63,922 bases of DNA, filler included, from Candidatus Aminicenantales bacterium (GCA_049512315.1; 3 parts of 3 records of this genome joined end to end with filler, not necessarily neighbours in it); one strand, 5' to 3'; positions 39,831 to 49,026 are shown, counted from the first letter of the whole stretch. Notes: a model not told the origin generated them from the letters alone. Translations and numbers: made by a program.

Positions 39831-40253
39831 ATGAATGATTTGACTCAGGCGCTGAAATCAATTGTGGACTCGGTAGAAAAGGCGGCGAAGGATAAGGATG
39901 AAAAAATAACCGCTATATCCAAAAAGCAAGAACAGTTCTGGCAAAGCACGGGGGATCCAGCGCTGAGAGTCCTGACCGCGGCGATCAACCATCTTCCGGG
40001 GCGGGATTCTGGCGCGGATTCATACTATCGGAATGGTCCCATAGGGTCACTGAAGGTTCGCGACAAACATCGTGATGAATATGAATTCACCTTTGACCTG
40101 AAAGTTACCAGGGATAATTTGAAGTTGTTTGTTGAACTCGGAAACAACAAGAAGAAATACCCCGTCGGAGAAATAAGAAGCGCGGAACCGATCTATAAGG
40201 CCTTCTTCGATCAATACAAAAAAGCGTTAAGGGAAAAGTTGATACCTAAATAA
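39831..40253 (+). CDS. Hypothetical cargo protein
   Basis: RBS GGAGG; upstream TTGACA-18-TAGGAT; AT-richer. Confidence 0.7.
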   Translation: MNDLTQALKSIVDSVEKAAKDKDEKITAISKKQEQFWQSTGDPALRVLTAAINHLPGRDSGADSYYRNGPIGSLKVRDKHRDEYEFTFDLKVTRDNLKLFVELGNNKKKYPVGEIRSAEPIYKAFFDQYKKALREKLIPK

Positions 40254-40445
40254 TAAATTCCCGCGCCTTCACGGGTTCCAATCCTTCGACCTTCTTCCGC
40301 GGGAGGAAGAAACTGCCCGATCCTGGCCTCAATCATCAGCAGGGCCTTCCCCGCGTCCACTGAAAAAACGGTCTCACGGGATCGCGTCAGCCCCCAAAAA
40401 AACAAAATATTTTCAAATTATTTTATGTCCATTATCTTTACATAA

Positions 40446-40553
40446 TTGTCCCACTGCGTCTTGATTTGTCCCACTTTGTCCCGGTTTATGATGAGGTAAA
40501 CGACTGTATATAAAGGAGTTAACTATTGACAAATCTGCAGTATGCCTTACAAT
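40446..40553 (+). promoter_or_regulatory. 10-bp-phased TTGTCCC repeats and promoter of the element operon
   Basis: TTGTCCC at 40446/40466/40476; TTGACA 40526, 16 bp, TACAAT 40548. Confidence 0.55.
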
Positions 40554-40577
40554 AAAGCTTGTTGAATGAGGTGATAC

Positions 40578-40778
40578 ATGAAAAACAATCCACTCCGCGG
40601 CATTCGGAAATCCCGCTATCTGACCCTCGATGAAACGGCCAAGCGGACGCAGTTAGATCCCGGCCTGCTTTCCAAGGTAGAGCGGGGCATCATTCGTCCT
40701 TCGGCCCGCGTACGGCAGGCTCTCGTAAAGTTCTACGATCTCCCAGAACAATTTCTCTTCGCGGGGACACGTAAATGA
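40578..40778 (+). CDS. XRE/Cro-like HTH protein
   Basis: LRGIRKSRYLTLDETAKRTQLDPGLLSKVERG. Confidence 0.85.
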   Translation: MKNNPLRGIRKSRYLTLDETAKRTQLDPGLLSKVERGIIRPSARVRQALVKFYDLPEQFLFAGTRK

Positions 40779-40960
40779 CCCCCGGGCGCCGCTGGATCTC
40801 TCCATCCGCGTGTGCGGAGTTCCTGGGCTTGAGCGTTAGCGGGGTCCGCAAGAAGATCAACCGCTCCGAGATTCCAGCTGTTCATCTCGGCCGCACGGTA
40901 CGCGTGGATCTCCGGGCGCTCGAGACGCAACTTGAGCGGCAGATGAAGGAGACCCGATGA
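40775..40960 (+). CDS. Excisionase/AlpA-like (HTH_17) DNA-binding protein
   Basis: WISPSACAEFLGLSVSGVRKKINRSEIPAVHLGRTVRV. Confidence 0.85.
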   Translation: MTPGRRWISPSACAEFLGLSVSGVRKKINRSEIPAVHLGRTVRVDLRALETQLERQMKETR

Positions 40961-41036
40961 GCCCACTGCATCGGTCGGGCACGACGCGCCCCAGGGAAGC
41001 TGCAGTAGCTGACGGGAAACGAGACGAGAGGCCAAC

Positions 41037-41804
41037 ATGAAACGGGGCAAAACTTACGACTGGATTCCCCTATGGCGGGATAAGTGGCTACAGGGATCGA
41101 CCCGGTTTGAACTCTTGCCGGATGAACGGTCCGTCTTTATCGACCTGTTGTGCATGGCCGGTGGAGACGATGGGTTTATCCGAGCCAACCCCGAGACGCC
41201 ATACCCGGACCGGTATCTCGCCAATCTCTTGAACATCGACATAGAGTTATGGGAGAGGACGGTCCGAAAATGCGTTTCCGTCGGTAAGATCATCCGCATG
41301 GAGGACGGGATCCTCTACGTCGCTAGTTGGCAGGAGTATCGAATTCCCGCGCGCACCAAAAGATGGTTAATGGACGAGACGCCGACCGCGCCGCGCACAG
41401 AACATCAATCCCCTAACCCAGAATCGTTGGAAGAGGGGCAAGAGAGAAGAGACAATACATTAGACCTAGACGAATACAGAAACCCCCCCCTAGTACCCGG
41501 CAATGATTGCCGAGTACCCGGCAAGAAAGAGGAATCGGACTTGGACCGGGCGATAGAAAGGGAGCGCCATAAGGCGGTAATCCTCACCGCGCGTGCAGCG
41601 GCCGGTCGAAAAGGAATGAAGGCGCGATGGGAAAAGTATAACAAAATGGCGGATAACAAAACCGATAACAAAATAACAAACGATAACAAAGCCGATAACA
41701 AAACCGATAACAAAACGGGCGATTCGGACGAGGAATCCGCCGACGAGCAGGCCGAACTCGACGCCAGGCTAGAGGCACGGGAGAGGGAAGAGAGGGAGCT
41801 TTGA
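41037..41804 (+). CDS. Phage replisome organizer-like replication initiator
   Basis: WIPLW...FIDLLCMAG..DG.I..NPETPY...LANLL...ILYVASWQEY; internal repeats. Confidence 0.75.
   Translation: MKRGKTYDWIPLWRDKWLQGSTRFELLPDERSVFIDLLCMAGGDDGFIRANPETPYPDRYLANLLNIDIELWERTVRKCVSVGKIIRMEDGILYVASWQEYRIPARTKRWLMDETPTAPRTEHQSPNPESLEEGQERRDNTLDLDEYRNPPLVPGNDCRVPGKKEESDLDRAIERERHKAVILTARAAAGRKGMKARWEKYNKMADNKTDNKITNDNKADNKTDNKTGDSDEESADEQAELDARLEAREREEREL
41638..41714 (+). repeat. Iteron-like ATAACAAA x7 inside the initiator gene
   Basis: Copies at 41638, 41653, 41665, 41673, 41683, 41695, 41707. Confidence 0.8.
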
Positions 41805-41888
41805 GCGCCCATTGCATCCCATCGGCAAAGCCCTTGCCTGAGGACGGGTCTGAGTGTCGAGTTTTGGGGCGGGACCAGGAGAAAAGCG

Positions 41889-42915
41889 ATGGATCCTGAC
41901 GTTCAGAAGAAGGTGGAACTCGTCAAGCCGCTCGGCCCTGCGTTTGACAGGGAAATCGAGAGCATTATGGACGACTTCATGGGCCTCGCGGGAGGCTCCG
42001 GCGGCGGGGGTAAGGGCCCACATTTGGCGTCGTCCCAAAGCTCGGATGGCCAGCGGCGGACTCCCTGGGCTGGCGGGCCCCGGGCGAAGCAGGCGAAGAT
42101 CCTCGAAACCGCGCTCAACGCCGTCAACTCGGTTCCTTATCGGGTCAGTTCCCGGTGGGTCTTTTATCGCCTCTATCAGGCTGGCCTCTACACCCGGAAG
42201 GAAGATTACAACGGTTGGGGCGAGCTGAGTTCCCGGGCGCGCCATACGGGTTGGGGCGGCTGGCGGCCGGATACGCTGGCGGACGACACGCGGGAGGCGG
42301 TGGTCAGGACGGGCGGGTACAACGGCAAAGACCAGGCTAAGGAGGATTTAGGGTCCCGGCTTAAGGATGCGGCGGCCCGGACGATGATCGATCACTTCTA
42401 TCGTCAGGAGAATTACATCGAGTTGTGGTTCGAGGCTCGGGCGATGGTGGGCCAGTTCGAACACTACACGAAGTATATCGACCTCGTGCCTATGGCGGGC
42501 CAGCCGTCAATCCCGTTCAAGTGGAGCCTGGCGAAGCGACTCGAGCAGGCGTCCGAACGCTACGGGAAGCCGATCATCATCCTCTACTTCGGGGACGAAG
42601 ATTTGGCAGGGCCATGTGATTGAGGAGACGATCCGGATGGACGTTGGGCGGTGGTGCGAGGTGCCCTTCACGCTTGAGCGGTGCGGCCTCAGCGTCGAGC
42701 AGGCGAAGGCACACGGCGTGCCGCCGAGCGTCGAGAAGAAGGGCTATCAATGGGAAGCGCTAGATGACGCGGCGGCCGAGGAGATCATCACGGAGGCCGT
42801 CGGGAAGTATATCGATGCGGGCTTGGTTGACGAGGCACTAGAGGAAGCGGTGGAAATCTCCGGTCGATGTACCGAGATCATCGAGCAGGTTCTCGGCAAG
42901 ATGGGGCCCGAATGA
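41889..42915 (+). pseudogene. wHTH-TOPRIM (TopoVI-A/DUF2399-like) protein split by a +1 frameshift
   Basis: RWVFYRL, ELWFEA, LYFGDEDLAG; removing one G at 42609-42611 joins the two ORFs into 341 aa. Confidence 0.7.
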
Positions 42916-42988
42916 TGAATAAACGCCCAGCCCGTGCGGGTCCGCTGCCTGAGAACGGGCCGACTGTCAACTTTCGAGGAAGGTAAAC

Positions 42989-43213
42989 ATGGACGAACCT
43001 GAGGATGTATTGGTGATCGGCGAAGTGCCTAAAAACTTTGACGAGAGTATTCAAGTCGAAATCTGCCATTGGCGAGGGCGGACCTACGTTGATATTCGGG
43101 TGCACACCGGGGCGGGGAAGGCGACAGGGCGCGGGGTCACGATGCGGCCCGCTGCATGCGAGGCCTTGCTGCCCTTGCTGGTAAAGGCACTGGCTGAAGT
43201 GAAGAAGGAGTGA
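42989..43213 (+). CDS. PC4/YdbC-like ssDNA-binding protein
   Basis: KN..ESIQVEICHWRGRTYVDIR...TGRGVT. Confidence 0.8.
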   Translation: MDEPEDVLVIGEVPKNFDESIQVEICHWRGRTYVDIRVHTGAGKATGRGVTMRPAACEALLPLLVKALAEVKKE

Positions 43214-43216
43214 ATC

Positions 43217-43627
43217 ATGAGCCTATCTGATGCGGAACTGGCGGCCTCAAAGCACATCGCCCGGCTGACGGCCCGGACGCGGATTGAGACGTTGATTCGC
43301 CCGGTGCCGAAGGAGGGCGTAAATGCAGGGCCGCAAATCCCGGCGGCCTCGGATGTGATGGTCGTCGGAGATCGGGACTATCGCGGCTTTCAATTCGCGG
43401 GGCCGGACGTTGCCTATGGCGTGACGCTCATATCGGCAGCGGTCGCCGTGTCGCCCGCGTCGGGACTCGTCCCGGATGACCCGGCGGCGCTTCTCTCGGC
43501 GGACAAGCTGACGTGCTACGCGTGGGTCGCGGCGAGCGCTCTGGGCGTTTATGACGTGACGTTTACGGGCGCATTCACCGACGGGAAGGTTCTCGTCAGG
43601 GTTTATCGGGTCGAGGTGGAATCATGA
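43217..43627 (+). CDS. Hypothetical beta-rich protein, resembles phage fiber/tail adaptor proteins
   Basis: Ig-like pattern AWV...G.YDVTFT...DG.VLVR...VEV; family call is tentative. Confidence 0.45.
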   Translation: MSLSDAELAASKHIARLTARTRIETLIRPVPKEGVNAGPQIPAASDVMVVGDRDYRGFQFAGPDVAYGVTLISAAVAVSPASGLVPDDPAALLSADKLTCYAWVAASALGVYDVTFTGAFTDGKVLVRVYRVEVES

Positions 43628-43782
43628 GCGCCCGGATGATCTTCGGCCTGGTCATCGTCGTCGTCGGCTTCGTCCTGTTTCTCGTTCTAGGGCCACCCAA
43701 GAAAAATCAATTCGAACCCTTCGAATTGATTTCTGGTCCGCGAATTCGTCAAAGGTCGGCTGGAGAGGCGGGCGGCTTGTGA
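43624..43782 (+). CDS. Small single-TM protein (52 aa)
   Basis: MSARMIFGLVIVVVGFVLFLVLG...; ATGA overlap with the upstream stop. Confidence 0.45.
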   Translation: MSARMIFGLVIVVVGFVLFLVLGPPKKNQFEPFELISGPRIRQRSAGEAGGL

Positions 43783-43902
43783 ACGGCGGCGATGGGTTGA
43801 CGCGAACAAGGACGAGACGGACCGCGAACTCACCGCGCTCATGCAGGAGAGAGGGCCGACGAAGCGGGAGCCGTGGATCGCGCCGGAGCTGCGAGTGAGG
43901 CC

Positions 43903-44145
43903 ATGACGATGGCAACGAAGCGTAGGAATGGCCTAGACCCTGCCGTTAACGCCCCAGGATCAACGAACGGGGCCTCGAACAAGGATATCCCCGTCCGATG
44001 CGCTTCCTGTCTGAAGAGGTTCCGGCCGAAACAAGCCTCCCAGCGCTTCTGCGGGCCTCGTTGCCGACTGCTCTTTTGGGCCATCAAGGAGGTCGAGGCG
44101 GGTAAAGCGCCCGGGCTTCGGAAAATCATGGAGGAACGGACATGA
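43903..44145 (+). CDS. Small zinc-finger protein
   Basis: CASC..F.P...QRFCGPRCR. Confidence 0.65.
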   Translation: MTMATKRRNGLDPAVNAPGSTNGASNKDIPVRCASCLKRFRPKQASQRFCGPRCRLLFWAIKEVEAGKAPGLRKIMEERT

Positions 44146-44372
44146 ACTGCAGAAAACAACCCAAGACAACGGGACAGCTTGTCAAGAAGGGCGGCACCAT
44201 GCCGAAGGGCAAGCCATTCCAGCCAGGCCCGGACCCACGGCGCCACATGGAGGGACGAAAGAGCCGTGACATCATTGCCTTCGCCGCCGAGTTGAATCGT
44301 GAGCTGGCTGAGCAGATCGACGCCCGAGAACTTGTGCGGGTCCTGAAAGAGCGGGCGATTCGGGGCAATCTG
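44142..44372 (+). CDS. DUF5681/terminase small subunit-like N-terminus, cut by the gap (likely start 44199)
   Basis: MPKGKPFQPG.DPRR..EGRK. Confidence 0.5.
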
Positions 44373-44472
44373 NNNNNNNNNNNNNNNNNNNNNNNNNNNN
44401 NNNNNNNNNNNNNNNNTTAATTAATTAANNNNNNNNNNNNNNNNNNNNNNNNNNNNNNNNNNNNNNNNNNNN
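44373..44472. other. Artificial contig linker
   Basis: N run containing TTAATTAATTAA. Confidence 0.98.
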
Positions 44473-44972
44473 ACCGGGGTCGAGCATGTCCAGGTGGTTC
44501 AACGGCCGAGGCTTCTCAGCGACAACGGGGCCTGCTTCATCTCCCATGAGCTGAAGAAGTATCTCGAGACCCATGAGATCCGGCATGTTCGGACCAAAGC
44601 CTATCATCCCATGACTCAGGGGAAGATCGAACGGTACCATCGGTCGATGAAGAACCTGATCCTGTTGGACAATTACTATGCCCCCGCCGAGTTGACCGAA
44701 AGGATCCGGGAGTGGGTGGATTATTACAATCACCAGCGCTATCACGAGGCCATCGACAACGTGACCCCCGCGGACAAGTATTACGGAAGGGACCGCGTGA
44801 TCCTGAAAAAGAGGGAAAAGGTCCGGCTGGAGACCATGAAGATGAGGAGGGAGTTGAACCGGATGGCGATGCTTGAACCCTTGCCAAACGGCGTCAGCTA
44901 AATTATCATGAGAGACGGAATCCGTAGCTTAAGAAATCAGCCCGCGAGTCCGAAACCGCCTGACGACAAACA
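44473..44972 (+). mobile_element. 3' part of an IS3/IS481-type insertion sequence (DDE transposase to 44901)
   Basis: LLSDNG, HPMTQGKIERYH, YNHQRYHE..TPAD; element end ...TGACGACAAACA. Confidence 0.88.
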
Positions 44973-45039
44973 CTGTTGATAAGAATTAAGGCAGTTCTCA
45001 ACCGCCCGAAGTCCCCTGACTTTCTTTTGGCTGACGCAG

Positions 45040-45591
45040 CTACTTCTTCGGTGCGGGTTTGGCCTTGGTGTATTTTTGATCCCCGAAAGGCGTCCAAGAA
45101 TTGCCATCCGCGGAAAATTCAAACTTCTGCGTTATGCTCATCAGGTCCGTTGCGAATGTCATCGTCCACCTGACCATGTACTTCTTTCCCCCGGTGACCG
45201 ACGCCCCTATGTAGTTCCAGAAGTTTCCACTGACTGTATACGCGCCCGAGCCTTTACTTCCATCATCTTGGTAGAAGCTCTGGGGATAGTTGCCAGTCAC
45301 GGGATCGTACCCAAAGGTCTCAAAGCCCCGCACTACTCCCGAAGCCCCCTTTTCCACCCAGTGGCCTTGGATAAAGAATCCCCCGAGGATCATCTGGGCA
45401 TCATAGGTGCCGGTGGCCTTGCCGGCCGGTCCGAAGGGGCTAGCTTTGTATTCTACCTCATAAGTCCAATGCCCCACAAAAACTCCTACCTTGTTGTGTT
45501 CGGGACCGGGCTTTGGAGCCGGTGTCTGCGCCCAGGCAAAGACCGCGAAAACCAAGACCGCTATGCTGACCGCGACAACAAACCGTTTCAT
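45040..45591 (-). CDS. Secreted DUF1579-like protein
   Basis: Signal peptide; PKPGPEH...FVGHW, GYDP, SADG..W. Confidence 0.75.
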   Translation of the reverse strand: MKRFVVAVSIAVLVFAVFAWAQTPAPKPGPEHNKVGVFVGHWTYEVEYKASPFGPAGKATGTYDAQMILGGFFIQGHWVEKGASGVVRGFETFGYDPVTGNYPQSFYQDDGSKGSGAYTVSGNFWNYIGASVTGGKKYMVRWTMTFATDLMSITQKFEFSADGNSWTPFGDQKYTKAKPAPKK

Positions 45592-45903
45592 AGAACCCCC
45601 TCCTTTTAAGGCGATTCAGAGACGCGGGGACGGCAAAGATGGATTTTTCGAGAAGGCTGACCTTCGACTTCCCCTAATCTCTTGCTGGTTAACTTATAAC
45701 ACCGTAAAAACGCAAAGTCAACCTGACCTGCCCCCACTCAATGTATTACCCCCGAATTGAAATTTCCATGTGAAATTACCCAGGAACGCCACTCCAGTGG
45801 AGATTGTGTTGCACAGGGTATCGTATTATGATCTAAAGGGGTAATATTTTGTCTTCTCAATCTTCCCATTCTGGACATTGAAAGAAGAAAGCGGGGGCGC
45901 CAA

Positions 45904-46419
45904 ATGAATAAAAATGCTTGCCTGAGACCGATGCCCCATGAACTCCCAAAAGGATTAGAAACGAGGGCGGAACGCATAAACAATTTTTCGAGGCTCTACA
46001 AGAAGATGTGCGGCACCGCAGAAGAGATTCAGCAACTGTGGCCAACGGTGTGGAGAGAAGGGAACGATTGTTGTGAAAAAGGAAAATACGAAAATGGTTT
46101 ATCCAATAAGTTGCATCTGGAAGGTCTAAAAAAAGAAGAAAGGAAAGAACTACTAATCAGAAATATATGGATTCCTTGCGACTTAGAACTTCGAACAAGA
46201 TCTTTATCTAATAATATGTTGAACCGCAATATGACGTATGTTTTGGAAGACCTCCGTGACTACTTAATGAATAAGAGGCTGGGCGCTAAGGTAAAAGAAT
46301 ATTTTATGGGTGATGAGATCAATTATGCCCTGACTCTCATGTTTGTTATGAAGGAACGCTTTAATAAAAGATGGGATTTTAGACACGAGGGATGGGTCAA
46401 AATAGGATCTCCAAGTTGA
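45904..46419 (+). CDS. Hypothetical island protein
   Basis: 171-aa AT-rich ORF; no recognised motif. Confidence 0.5.
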   Translation: MNKNACLRPMPHELPKGLETRAERINNFSRLYKKMCGTAEEIQQLWPTVWREGNDCCEKGKYENGLSNKLHLEGLKKEERKELLIRNIWIPCDLELRTRSLSNNMLNRNMTYVLEDLRDYLMNKRLGAKVKEYFMGDEINYALTLMFVMKERFNKRWDFRHEGWVKIGSPS

Positions 46420-46507
46420 ACTGAATTTATATGATTGAGGCGGCGAATTTGGCGTCTCATAATAAGAGGCACCAACATGGCAAGATATTCTCAACGGAGG
46501 AAGAAAA

Positions 46508-46786
46508 ATGACAGAAGAGTTTTCTTATGAAGAATTCGTAAGGCAAGCGATTTTGAAACTAAGAATTGGCAACTACAAGGGGATTCATTCAGTGTATAGC
46601 GGCTTTAACGAAGCATTTAGAAAGTATTATGATGGAATAAACCCAATCGAGATAACCAATCAACTCGCAACCGAGAAAAAAATTACAATAATACCAGTAA
46701 GGGGTGGAGTGATGCTTTATTTACCCGAAGACGCTCCAAAAAGTAGCAAAGCTGACCAAGCACTGAAAAAAATGGGGCTGCAATAA
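46508..46786 (+). CDS. Small hypothetical protein
   Basis: RBS GGAGG; YKGIHSVYSGFNEAFRKYY...P.RGGVMLY. Confidence 0.75.
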   Translation: MTEEFSYEEFVRQAILKLRIGNYKGIHSVYSGFNEAFRKYYDGINPIEITNQLATEKKITIIPVRGGVMLYLPEDAPKSSKADQALKKMGLQ

Positions 46787-46951
46787 TTTAGTGAGTATTT
46801 TTTGGAAGTTGTGCTCATTACGGTCTTGTTGTGTGTTATCCCGACCATAAGCATCCTGGCTCTAGTGATAAGAAGATTCTTTCATAATTAAAGAGGCACT
46901 AAGAGGAGCAAGAGGGATAGGAAAGAGTCCAAAGAGGACATCGGACGCCAC

Positions 46952-47170
46952 ATGACCGAAGACCAAAAGTACAGTTTAAGGTCCGATCGAGCGCCCGGGG
47001 TGGTCAAATACATTAAAACATTGTGCTATGAAGACAGTTGCGAAGTATGTAAAGAGGCTGCAAGGAAGAGATATGGGCTGGATGAAGCTCCAATTTTGCC
47101 AATTGCGGGCTGCCAGCGAGCGTTGTGCCGCTGTTGTTATGTGCCTGTACTCGAGGACGAGAAGAATTGA
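46952..47170 (+). CDS. Cys-rich hypothetical protein
   Basis: CEVC...P.LP..GC...CRCC. Confidence 0.5.
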   Translation: MTEDQKYSLRSDRAPGVVKYIKTLCYEDSCEVCKEAARKRYGLDEAPILPIAGCQRALCRCCYVPVLEDEKN

Positions 47171-47301
47171 GGCACTGAGGGGAGCCAAGGACCACAGAGG
47201 GTATGGACTCCCCGGCGGAGTAATAGACGCTTATCGCGGAATCACGCCTCATAAGGGATAGACGATGAGACGTGGGGGAAATTCTCATTAGGGAGGGGGA
47301 A

Positions 47302-47838
47302 ATGACCACCGGCAACATCATCATTCTAGCGGCGTACATTATGGGTGTACTCTTAACGATCCATTTTCAAGGCAAGAAAATAAACGCGCTGAAAACTCAG
47401 GTTACATCACAAAATGAAATTATGGCCAACATGCAGAGGTTCATGGGCATCTTCAGGCTAGATGAAATAGAAAAATACATAGAAATCAACAGAAAGAGAG
47501 TCGATGCTGAGAAACAAGAGGCTATGAAACAGGTCGAGAAAGAGATAAAGGAGAAGGCCTTAGAAAGTATACACGTCATCCGAAGAGAATATGAGGCTCT
47601 GCTAGAACTGGCGATGAAGGTTGTTAGTACACCAGAAATGCTTCGATTTGCTAGGAAATACCTTGAACAAATGAATGATGATGTAATTAGCAAAAAACAC
47701 CTTTTGAGTCTTTACGAGGAGAATTATCAGGCGTGGGGAAAGTATTCAGATAGCATAATAGGGGCTATGATCGCGCCTGACGAGTCAAGGAGCGTGTTTT
47801 GGGAAGCCAGCAGAAAAGGCCGGGAAGGTCAAAAGTAG
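47302..47838 (+). CDS. Hypothetical N-anchored coiled-coil membrane protein
   Basis: RBS GGAGG; N-terminal TM followed by helical region. Confidence 0.65.
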   Translation: MTTGNIIILAAYIMGVLLTIHFQGKKINALKTQVTSQNEIMANMQRFMGIFRLDEIEKYIEINRKRVDAEKQEAMKQVEKEIKEKALESIHVIRREYEALLELAMKVVSTPEMLRFARKYLEQMNDDVISKKHLLSLYEENYQAWGKYSDSIIGAMIAPDESRSVFWEASRKGREGQK

Positions 47839-47871
47839 GAACGCGCGGCACCGTATCTGGCGTGACTCCCC

Positions 47872-48045
47872 TTACTTCGGCTTCGTGGCTGACAGGTAGA
47901 GATACCTCCCCATCGCTTGGATAACGCAATCACCCTTTGCTTGGGGCTCGTCCTCTCTGAACCACCACTGGCATTCCTCTTTGATACAAGACACCTTTAC
48001 AGCGATTCTGGACATAAACGGACATACTTTCTTGTCTGGGGCCAT
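47872..48045 (-). CDS. Small four-Cys protein (57 aa), not in the ORF track
   Basis: MAPDKKVCPFMS...SCIKEECQWW...GDCVIQ; RBS AAGGGAG. Confidence 0.65.
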   Translation of the reverse strand: MAPDKKVCPFMSRIAVKVSCIKEECQWWFREDEPQAKGDCVIQAMGRYLYLSATKPK

Positions 48046-48537
48046 AGCGATCTCCCTTCTAACTCAATCTAGGAGGGGACCGGAGGCTTGTCAACCCGGT
48101 TTTCTAGTCCTGTTTAGTTAATTCACCGTCTAACACCCCTGACCCGCCCCCCTTAAATCGATCCGAGCATGATGTGAAAAGAAAATCAAGAATCGGTCCA
48201 GCGCCTTGGAAGGCTTCAGGGAAGTTTATTACGTCACGGACCGGCCGTAGAAGGCCTATTCTTGCCGCTCAGATGCACCTGGGGGGGCTTCCAACGCGGG
48301 ATGAGGTGGGTGGTCCGCATAGGTTTGGGGGCAGGGGTTCGAAGATCTGCTATTGGAGGCGGCCTAGGGTGGCTTCTGGAAGCGAGGAGCGCCCTTTATT
48401 GGAAACTATGGAGGATATTTTTTAGAGATCACGATAGCCCCGTCAGCGCTCGGGCGCGGTGTTGGTCCCATGCCCCCCCGGCGGCCCTGACACAGGGGTT
48501 GCCTCACGCCCACGTCATACCAGTTCGGTCTGAGCAC

Positions 48538-48659
48538 CTTTCGTGTAGGCTTTCGTGTTGGTGCCTGAAAAAGGCCCTTTTTGGCGTATTTTGGTTCCAT
48601 CGACGAGGCCCAGGGTGGATAGAACAGGCCACGCCAAGATGGCCTATAAGTTGCTGATT
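48538..48659. promoter_or_regulatory. att arm: tandem 12-bp repeats and IHF-type site
   Basis: CTTTCGTGTAGG/CTTTCGTGTTGG; AATCAGCAACTTA (minus, 48647-48659) fits WATCARNNNNTTR. Confidence 0.55.
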
Positions 48660-48676
48660 TATAAAGAGATTAAAGA

Positions 48677-48742
48677 GTGCCGGTGGAGGGAATCGAACCC
48701 ACACCCGAGTTGCCCCGGACGGGATTTTGAGTCCAGCGCGTC
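48677..48742 (-). pseudogene. 3' fragment of tRNA-Leu(CAA), att relic
   Basis: GACGCGCTGGACTCAAAATCCCG, variable arm, GTGGGTTCGATTCCCTCCACCGGCA; no 5' acceptor strand or D-stem. Confidence 0.8.
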
Positions 48743-48758
48743 GCTCGCGCGGAACGTA

Positions 48759-48841
48759 GACCTCTTCACCGCCACCAAATCGGTGACAGATTGGTGACAT
48801 AAAATGCGTAATTTAGCCTACTCTTGCTAAACGGTGAGTAA
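48759..48841. repeat. att-arm-like repeat module C
   Basis: GTGACA 48783/48794; GCGTAA, GCCTAC, GCTAAA, GAGTAA at 48806/16/26/36. Confidence 0.6.
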
Positions 48842-48897
48842 AATCAAAAACTAATAAGTGCCACGAATATCAGGGGAAGACGGGCTCTCGAGGCAAG

Positions 48898-48970
48898 CAG
48901 GGCCACGGGGATTCGAACCCCGGTCTGATGGCTGAGAACCACCTGTCCTGGGCCTCTAGACGATGGCCCC
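48898..48970 (-). tRNA. tRNA-Glu(CTC)
   Basis: GGGGCCATCGTCTAGAGGCCCAGGAC, anticodon loop TTCTCAG, GGTTCGAATCC; CCA not encoded. Confidence 0.95.
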
Positions 48971-49026
48971 GCAAGGGCCAACAAAAATAGCAGAATCTCG
49001 CCGGCCTGTCAACCGGGGTGCGGGAC

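Larger units (their letters stand above)
39690..44372 (+). mobile_element. Phage- or satellite-like integrated element, truncated by the gap
   Basis: HTH, Xis/AlpA, replisome organizer, TOPRIM, PC4-like SSB, terS-like genes; composition shift; phased repeats at the left end. Confidence 0.7.

Noticed and set aside
40504..40519. Possible SOS box CTGTATATA
   Set aside because: Right half-site ACAG is missing
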